A stretch of DNA of 58,416 nucleotides, the filler included, from Squatina squatina (Eukaryota): assembly GCA_031763465.1 (NCBI GenBank). It is 3 parts of 3 records of this genome, joined end to end, with 100 filler letters (N's around TTAATTAATTAA, not from the genome) between each part and the next. Parts side by side here need not be neighbours in the genome. Positions count along the whole stretch, not along the records: positions 45,469 to 58,416 come from JARFOE010000100.1; 2 more parts are not named here. One strand, given 5' to 3'. The notes under the pieces were generated by a model. The model was not told the origin of the DNA. It did no database searches and saw only the letters and a program-made list of their open reading frames with translations. The position numbers and the translations under genes were made by a program. Below, one piece after another: positions 50,634 through 58,416 of the stretch. The stretch's first letter is position 1. The number at the start of each line of letters is the position of its first letter.

Positions 50634-51800
50634 TGCAGCCATGTGGCTCAGGCAACAGCACTCTCACCTCTCAGAAGGGTGTAGGTTCAAGTCCCATCCC
50701 AGAGACTTGAGCACATAAACCAGGCTGGCACCACAGTGCAGTGCAGAGGGAACTCGGCACTGATGGAGATGCCGTCTTTTGGATGAGATGTTAAATGTCT
50801 GCTCTCTCAGGTGGATGTAAGAGATCCCATGGCACTATTTCGAGGAAGAGCAAGGGAGTTCTCCCCGGTGTCCTGGCCAATACTTATCTATCAACCACTA
50901 TCAATAGAACAGATTGGCCCATGAATTCCAGTCGGAGGCTTCCTGCATGTGGAGGCCCCTGGCCAGAATTATTTCTATGCAAGTACCTGATGGTCCGGGG
51001 GCTGCGAAAACTCCGTTCCTGGGCCTCCACAGGAACGTAGGCGGAACGGCCCAGGAATCTCTCCAGTAATGCGGTTCGCATACACTAGTGGGATCATGTG
51101 GAAGGCCCCAACCAATCAGGTAGGGGTATCTCCCATTCATACTTCTGCTGATTTCTGAAAATGCGGAGATCAGTAGAAGAATGAATGGGAGATACAAAAA
51201 GACAGCACAAACACTTCAAAATACATTTTTAAAACTTGTCAAATATTAAAATTTAATGAAATGATATAATTAATAAATGAATACAAAAAAATTGCATTTA
51301 AAAAAAACAATTTTTTAATGTATAAAAATATTACTTTAATGGACCAGGTTTTTCATGAATAACCCAGTGATTATTTTAGTATTTTTTAAAACTCTTACGC
51401 TGGTAAATGCAGGCCGAGACGCTTGCCAGTGTAACAAATTAAAGAGCTTTCTCTGAGCAAGAGTTGGGCAAATAGTCCAGTTCACCGCCCAGGGAAGTTC
51501 CAGCGGAGGTGATGGATCTGTCAAGGCAATCCTTGACAAATCGGAAGTTCTGGATTTAGGGGCATGCACAGTGCAGCCCTGAACCCGCAATTTCGTACGC
51601 ACCCGGAGACACCGGGATTTATGACCCATTATCTGGTCATTAACTCATTGCTGTTTTTGGGACCTCACTGTGCACAACTTGGCTGCTGCGTTTCCTATAT
51701 TACAACAGTGATTACAGTTCAAAAGTACTTTATTGGCTGTGAAGCACTTTGAGGGTGTTCTGAGTTCCTGAGGTTGTGGAATGCAACATATAATTGAAAG
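50634..51800 (+). mobile_element. Deu-SINE split by MITE insertion (SINE parts 50634-50915 and 51628-51800)
   Basis: The SINE consensus aacagattatctggtcatt is interrupted exactly at att. Confidence 0.85.
50916..51627. mobile_element. Harbinger-type MITE (712 bp) with 3-bp ATT TSD
   Basis: Imperfect TIRs GGCCCATGAATTCCAG and (reverse complement) GGGTCATAAATCCCGG; ATT duplicated at 50913-50915 and 51628-51630; AT-rich centre. Confidence 0.8.
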
Positions 51801-52549
51801 GGAGCTAGCTACCACTGACCCACCTGTACATTGTCCACTATTTTAACGGAAGGATAATCCATTTATCCAAAGCAGTTTAATCCCTTTGTCAAAATAGCAG
51901 GTAACGTGGTGTAAGTAATTAAGAAAAAGTCGTACATCAACAAGACAATAATGGATACCTGGGAGTGATTAAAAAGCAGTAATACAATCAAAGCGATGAG
52001 ACAACACTGTAAAGCGCTGAAGCCAAATGGTTTATAACTATCATCTGAATTGTTGAGATTAGATTACAGCCTTGAAATAGCTCCCCAGTATCTGTCATTA
52101 TTTATAACAATTTGATATTTGATGTGGGACTTATATTTTGTTCAATATGTTTCAGTCCAAGCATTAGTTACTGGTATGCAACACATCCTTGGTGATATTC
52201 GCTCACAAGGATTAATGACAGTAGTGTAATTACTATGGGTTTATTGAGAAATAATCAGTAGGTGAAATCAGATATTCATTATTAAAGGCAAAGGAGCTGC
52301 CCTAATACTCAGTTGGCTAAGGCATTGAGTAGTTAAGCTAAATAAATCAGGCAGCTCCGAGGTTTGACTGAGGTCTGTGCTGAATTAGCTCATCTCTTTC
52401 AGGGCAATGNNNNNNNNNNNNNNNNNNNNNNNNNNNNNNNNNNNNNNNNNNNNNNNNNNNNNNNNNNNNNNNNNNNNNNNNNNNNNNNNNNNNNNNNNNN
52501 NNNNNNNNNATTTATTTAATCAAAACGTTTCATGATATTGCACTCCTAT

Positions 52550-52775
52550 CAAATATCCTCTTAATCTTCTCTGCTCTGAGAACAACTCCAGTCTCTCCAT
52601 GTAACTGAAGTCTTTCATCCCAGGTACCATTCCAGTAAAGCTCCTCTGCACCCTCGCTAAGGCCTTGACATCCTTACTAAAGTTTGGTGCCGAGAATTAG
52701 ACACAACACTAACTGAGTCCTCACTAGTGTTTTATAAAGGCTTAGCATCACTTCATTACTTTTATATTCTATTCC
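52550..52775 (-). mobile_element. CR1 ORF2 fragment
   Basis: ctcctctgcaccctc..aaggccttgacatcctt..aaagtttggtgcc..gaatt pattern shared with other CR1 relics. Confidence 0.7.
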
Positions 52776-52927
52776 TGCTTAAATGTCTTCCTACTGAAGC
52801 AATATAGAGTCGGTTAGGTTTATTCTGCAAGTTTTGTTTGAGATGCGATGCGAACTGAATCAACACAGTGAGTGTCAAACTAAAGGGAGCCCATTATTAG
52901 TGCACTGTATATGTCAACAGGTCTTAC

Positions 52928-53114
52928 CTGTCATGTTCTGCAAACCCAGCTGTCTCAATCCAAAGGCCCCATCCTTCTTGTAGTTGAGCAGGATTGTTAA
53001 TGCATATCGTTCTTCGTACAACTTTGTCCCACGAATGATCCTTAGATTTTCCAAAGGCAGATATTCAAACTGGTTCAGGGCTGCCAGGATATATCCAGTA
53101 ACTTCACGAATGGA
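52928..53114 (-). CDS. ERBB4: ERBB4(-like) receptor tyrosine kinase exon (L1 domain; equivalent to exon 3)
   Basis: 187-nt exon between ctccag and gtaaga, encoding [39 protein letters not shown]...[12 protein letters not shown]. Length and phase match ERBB4 exon 3 as recalled. Confidence 0.9.
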
Positions 53115-54075
53115 CTGGAGATTTAAAAACACACACACACAGCTAGGTCACAAAATCAGCAATCAGCACCCACAATTTTTGCAACCGTACACTCAGTCAA
53201 AGCGGTAGTGGGAGATGAAGAGAGAAACAAGCTCTATTTGGGTGTCCGCCGCTCTCTTGAGTAAAGGATAGACAGTCCCAGNNNNNNNNNNNNNNNNNNN
53301 NNNNNNNNNNNNNNNNNNNNNNNNNNNNNNNNNNNNNNNNNNNNNNNNNNNNNNNNNNNNNNNNNNNNNNNNNNNNNNNNNNNNNNNNNNNNNNNNNNNN
53401 NNNNNNNNNNNNNNNNNNNNNNNNNNNNNNNNNNNNNNNNNNNNNNNNNNNNNNNNNNNNNNNNNNNNNNNNNNNNNNNNNNNNNNNNNNNNNNNNNNNN
53501 NNNNNNNNNNNNNNNNNNNNNNNNNNNNNNNNNNNNNNNNNNNNNNNNNNNNNNNNNNNNNNNNNNNNNNNNNNNNNNNNNNNNNNNNNNNNNNNNNNNN
53601 NNNNNNNNNNNNNNNNNNNNNNNNNNNNNNNNNNNNNNNNNNNNNNNNNNNNNNNNNNNNNNNNNNNNNNNNNNNNNNNNNNNNNNNNNNNNNNNNNNNN
53701 NNNNNNNNNNNNNNNNNNNNNNNNNNNNNNNNNNNNNNNNNNNNNNNNNNNNNNNNNNNNNNNNNNNNNNNNNNNNNNNNNNNNNNNNNNNNNNNNNNNN
53801 NNNNNNNNNNNNNNNNNNNNNNNNNNNNNNNNNNNNNNNNNNNNNNNNNNNNNNNNNNNNNNNNNNNNNNNNNNNNNNNNNNNNNNNNNNNNNNNNNNNN
53901 NNNNNNNNNNNNNNNNNNNNNNNNNNNNNNNNNNNNNNNNNNNNNNNNNNNNNNNNNNNNNNNNNNNNNNNNNNNNNNNNNNNNNNNNNNNNNNNNNNNN
54001 NNNNNNNNNNNNNNNNNNNNNNNNNNNNNNNNNNNNNNNNNNNNNNNNNNNNNNNNNNNNNNNNNNNNNNNNNNN

Positions 54076-54295
54076 GGGGAGGAGAGGAGAGGGGAAGGGA
54101 AGAGGGGGAAGTGAGGAGTGGAGGTGAGAGGAGGGGAGGAGAAGCGAGGGGAGAGCAGGGGATGCGAAAGGAGGGAAGGGGTAGAGGTGAGGTGATGGGA
54201 GGGGAAGGAGGGGAAGGGATGCAAGGGAACGGGAGGGGAGGAGAAGGGAAGGAAGGGACAGGAGGGGAGAAAACTGTCAGAGAAAGGAGAGGAAA
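54076..54295. repeat. Polypurine (GA-rich) low-complexity tract
   Basis: Runs of ggagaggagaggggaaggga adjacent to a long gap. Confidence 0.9.
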
Positions 54296-55073
54296 TCTAC
54301 AGCACATGACATTGCTGAATACTTCTGATGCAATTTATTTTTATACTAGAAAATGATGTGGATTTGATTGAGGGGGACATCAATTTCTACAGTTTTGTGT
54401 CCCAGAAACAAGGACAAAATCAACTGTTTTGGACCCTGTGCAGTGAACTGAAATGCTGCAGTGCTCGTTTCATTCACTGGGGAGAGTTTCCACATCTGGC
54501 TGATGTCCACTCACAGTCACCACAACGAAGCGACATTTCCAGACATCGCCGTCCCTTACCCACTGACTGTCTACCTTAATGATTGCCACTGTCAAGTGAC
54601 AGATCATGGACCTGTACACCCAGAAATACTTCTAAATCCTGCAGTCAGTCACCTGGCCTATTTTAATGCTATTTGCACAAAGCTAGAGAAATATGAATTC
54701 AGCACTCAAGAGAGAGTGGATGAAGCCAGATTTAGAATGTTTTAATAAACTGACCCCATTTAATCTCTAGCCTCAGCGACGTGCTGCTACTAAGGTATGT
54801 GGTTACTGCCGAGTCCCATACTAGCAGGAGAGGAAAGCACGAGTTTATATTCTCCATTGATTTCTCAATGTGCTTTTCTTGTTCAAAAGGAAATCAAAAA
54901 CAATTCTCACGACAACGTTCGTCTGTAGAAATTTATCCTTGTCTAGATGAGGTCTTTGCTATGTTCTACAGCTTTAAAACATGCCCAGACATGTTGGATT
55001 GCGATTGTTGTAAATGAATAATGGGATCAATGCCAATTATAATATATAAAAGCGCATGGAAGGGTTTACATAA

Positions 55074-55338
55074 GGAAAGAACTTGCATTTATATCACACC
55101 TTTCATGACCTCGGGACGTCCCAAAGCCCTTCACTTTTGAAGTGTCGTCACTGTTGTAATGCAGGAAATGTGGCAGCCAATTTATACTCAGCAAGCTCCC
55201 ACAAACAGCATTGTGATATCTGGCCAGATACTCAGTACTGCACTGGAGTGTCAGCTCAGATTTAGTGCTCAAGTCTCTGGAGTGGGACTTGAACCCATAA
55301 CCTCTGACTCAGGGGCGAGAGTGTTACCCACTGAGCAT
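55074..55338 (-). mobile_element. Deu-SINE copy with internal deletion
   Basis: Tail and head are present; the central segment is missing relative to the 41855 copy. Confidence 0.8.
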
Positions 55339-55722
55339 AACTACCTATGCGTTAAAGAGCTGAAAAAACATATAATGCACCAGGAAAAACCTGTCATCTT
55401 TTTCTTGCTCTGTGTCTGTTTAGTTGTGGAGGATTGGATTTATTTCGTAAAACCTGTGTTTTTTGTCTATCACAATTGAACAAATTTGGGAGAACTGAGA
55501 ACAATCAGGCCGATTTACAAAGTGGGTTGTTGTACCAAATGTCCCAATTAGTCTGTCTATCCTCAACTCTCACAGGCAGTGTATGCTATCACTTGTCAAT
55601 TGTACTGTAAGGACAACTAATTATATCTTTGATGGTGGGAAGTGAGGAAAAGATAGGAAGCAGACTCGTCAGCCTTGAAACAGGGCAAATGAGAGGGTTG
55701 CTAAAAAACTATCAAAGATCAT

Positions 55723-55985
55723 AGGTGCCCAATTCGTCTGTTTTTTCGGCGTTAATCTAGCGTTAAATCAGCGTTAATGGCTTAATGCTGATTTTGGACG
55801 CTAAATTTAACACCAGGAAATTCAGCCCCCCTTAACTCTGGTGCTAAATGGGCGTTAAACATTTAAGGCTAAAAACTCAGCGTTCAGCGTTACAAGCCCT
55901 CAATGACGTCATCAGTAGGCGCAATGCCCAAACTGGCCGCCCGCTGGAAAATTCAATAAGGTTGATGAGCCTTAAAACTAGTGGT
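55723..55985. mobile_element. Probable MITE end with repeated GCGTTAA motifs
   Basis: Clustered gcgttaa/gcgtta repeats; similar style to 36710-36830. Confidence 0.45.
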
Positions 55986-56932
55986 NNNNNNNNNNNNNNN
56001 NNNNNNNNNNNNNNNNNNNNNNNNNNNNNNNNNNNNNNNNNNNNNNNNNNNNNNNNNNNNNNNNNNNNNNNNNNNNNNNNNNNNNACGATATTTAAAGGG
56101 GTTTAATTCGGGCAATCTCAGTTATTCCAAACTTGTGCCGGTTCAGCTGTAAATGAATCCTCAATCACGCTTGGCTTTTTAGTTCAAGATGCCCAATACA
56201 GTTACAGTTAACAGTTGGTTTGAATTAGAGTTCCTTTATTAGCTGTTGACTTACAGTAGGACGAAGGAATTCAAAGCAGCTTTCTGTGTTTTAAGATTTT
56301 GCCAAAGGCAGCCTGCACTGCAAGGCCCCAACATGGCTGCTGCAGTATAATTTACACTCGCCAGTCAATTCTACTCTAATTCAATGTAAACAACAAAGCC
56401 TAATAGTCCAAAAGCATCAATCTATCCTGGGGCCTCATGTCATGCATTCAATAATACCCTTTGTTTTACCTCTCATGTCGTGTGCTCATCTTATAAATGT
56501 AATTAAAATATAAAATTATGAATTTTTATCCTAACTCTTTCACTCTGGTGGTTTACGATATAGCATCTCCTCGACTGGATTAGTGCCTGCTAATTCACCA
56601 TTATTATCTCACCTGATGCTGCAGTAGTGCACTAATCTGATAAAACAAAATAATTACACATTTCCACAGAGCACAACGGGAAGGAGCCTTTGAATTAATG
56701 GTAGCATCCCCGCCTCCCAGTCAGCGAGTGCAGGGTTCGAACACCCGCACCACACAGTTCCAGCCAGTGCAGACAGGAGCCCCAGCTCTGGATCCTGCTC
56801 TGAGATCAAAGTGGGATGCTCACATCCGGTGGGTGTGTCCCCGTCCTCATACTATGGGTTGTGGGAGCCCTTAAAACCCTCCTGTCATATAGGACTAACC
56901 TACCCCACTCCACCCACCGACTGATATATAAA

Positions 56933-57128
56933 TAGGGTGACCAGATCTTAACATTGGCAAACCTGGACAATCAGTCTGCGTATGCGCAGTCAGGTCTCCG
57001 TCGGGAATGCCCATGCTGAGCACAAAAAACCAGGACATTTGTGCAATTTTGAAACAATTGTCAGGGCACCGGAACGTTTTGTGAAAAACCGGGACTGTCC
57101 CAGCAAAACTGATTGTCTGGTCACCCTA
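56933..57128. mobile_element. hAT-Blackjack-type MITE (196 bp)
   Basis: Perfect 13-bp TIR TAGGGTGACCAGA/TCTGGTCACCCTA and an 8-bp TSD TATATAAA/TATATAGA. Confidence 0.88.
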
Positions 57129-57980
57129 TATATAGAGAGCACAGCAACTGAAGGAGCATTCACGTCGCGACCAGTCAGACTGTTCATCAGCTTGCGAATC
57201 CTTCTGCTGCTGCGCACCGTTCTCTCCATGCGAAGAGTGAGGAGTGATGAAAACATCCCATGGTGAATCAGACTTTCAGTTTTAATTGAGACAGTGCATA
57301 AAAAATTTAGCAAAGGGTGGCGAATATGTTAAAATGCCATTCAGAACATGAAGGAACACATAGCGGTGCCTGAGCATTCTCTTGTGTTGTGGCTGAAACA
57401 TGCAGAACTCAAAGGCAAGAGATTTAATTTCCAATATTAAGATAATTTGTCATTAGACAAAGCATTGACATGACAGATCAATGTGGCTTCAAGGAAAGCA
57501 GATTTATAAAGCTTGTAATTTTCTTATACAAAGCAGATGCTGAATGTAAGGATGCTGACTCATGCTTATGCCCCTGTAGAAGACAGCAAACAGAATGCTA
57601 AATCGATGAAGTGTTGTACCGGAGAGAAATTGCCATCATCATTCCAATGAATTGCCTGAAGTTTTATGACAGTAAGGAGGACAGAGTTCAGGGATGTTAC
57701 TTCATAATACTGATAAACAAACAATGCCATAATCAAATGTATAGGTAGTTCCTGAATCATTTATTAAACTTTTCAGGGGCTTGAAGTAAATGTCAAGGTA
57801 TTTTGGGAGAAAAAATTCAGGATGATGGTCACACAAGATAACTGCATATTTTCTGAATAAAATACATTTGATCACCACAAAAATCATCACTAGGCACATT
57901 ACAATTTCTTTGAACAGCTTGGATCTCCACATTTTGCATTTATTTAAGAAACAATAATGCTCATTGATGCCTCGAAAAGG

Positions 57981-58416
57981 AAGACAGACTTGCTTTCATA
58001 CAGCACCTTTCACAACCTCAAGAAGCCCCAAAGTGCTTTACAGCCAATGAAGTACTTTTGAAGTACGGTCACTGATGCAGTTTAGGAGGCTCAGCAGCCA
58101 ATTTGTGCACAGCAAGGTCCCACAAACAGTAATGTGATATGACCAGATGAACATTTTTAGTGATGTTGGTTGAGCAATAAATATTGGCCAGGACACCAGA
58201 GAGAACTCTCGTGTTCTTTTTCCAAATAGTGCCATGGAATATTTTACAATAACCTGACGGGGCCTTGGTTTAAGTTCTCATCCGAAGGATGGCACCTCTG
58301 ACAGTGCAGCACTCCCTCAGTATTACGCTGGCGTATCAGCCTAGCTTATGTGCTCAAGCCTCTGTAGTGGGATTCAAACCCACAACCTCTGACTCAGAGG
58401 AGAGAGTGTTACAACT
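57981..58416 (-). mobile_element. Deu-domain SINE (SacSINE1-like)
   Basis: Colinear with the other copies; runs to the window edge. Confidence 0.85.

Noticed and set aside
50634-50710. tRNA gene
   Set aside because: It is the degenerate tRNA-derived head of a SINE, with no complete cloverleaf.
53193-54307. 343/357-aa ORFs
   Set aside because: Artefacts of an N run plus the polypurine tract.

Overview
This is vertebrate DNA, almost certainly from a cartilaginous fish (shark), judged by its abundant SacSINE1-like Deu-SINEs, CR1 3' tails, shark-type Penelope ends and RTE LINEs. It is not one contiguous locus. Two artificial N-TTAATTAATTAA-N linkers (25531-25542, 45413-45424) join three scaffolds (about 1-25486, 25587-45368, 45469-58416), and each scaffold is broken by many 100-N gaps. 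Three host coding exons are recognisable: a FARP2-like PH-domain exon (+), an intact terminal exon of an A4GNT-like GT32 glycosyltransferase (-), and an ERBB4-type 187-nt exon (-). A CpG-rich block near 44.7-45.4 kb may be a promoter or first exon. The rest is intronic or intergenic and rich in transposon relics. The most interesting structure is a reconstructable two-gene PIF/Harbinger system: a HARBI1-type transposase relic, two independent copies of a 3-exon Myb/SANT gene with identical 163-nt middle exons, and several MITEs, one nested in a SINE. There are also Penelope-like ends with degenerate hammerhead ribozymes, one flanked by a perfect 15-bp target-site duplication (TSD). No novel prokaryote-style system such as CRISPR is supported. 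Family and gene assignments come from recalled motifs, not database searches.
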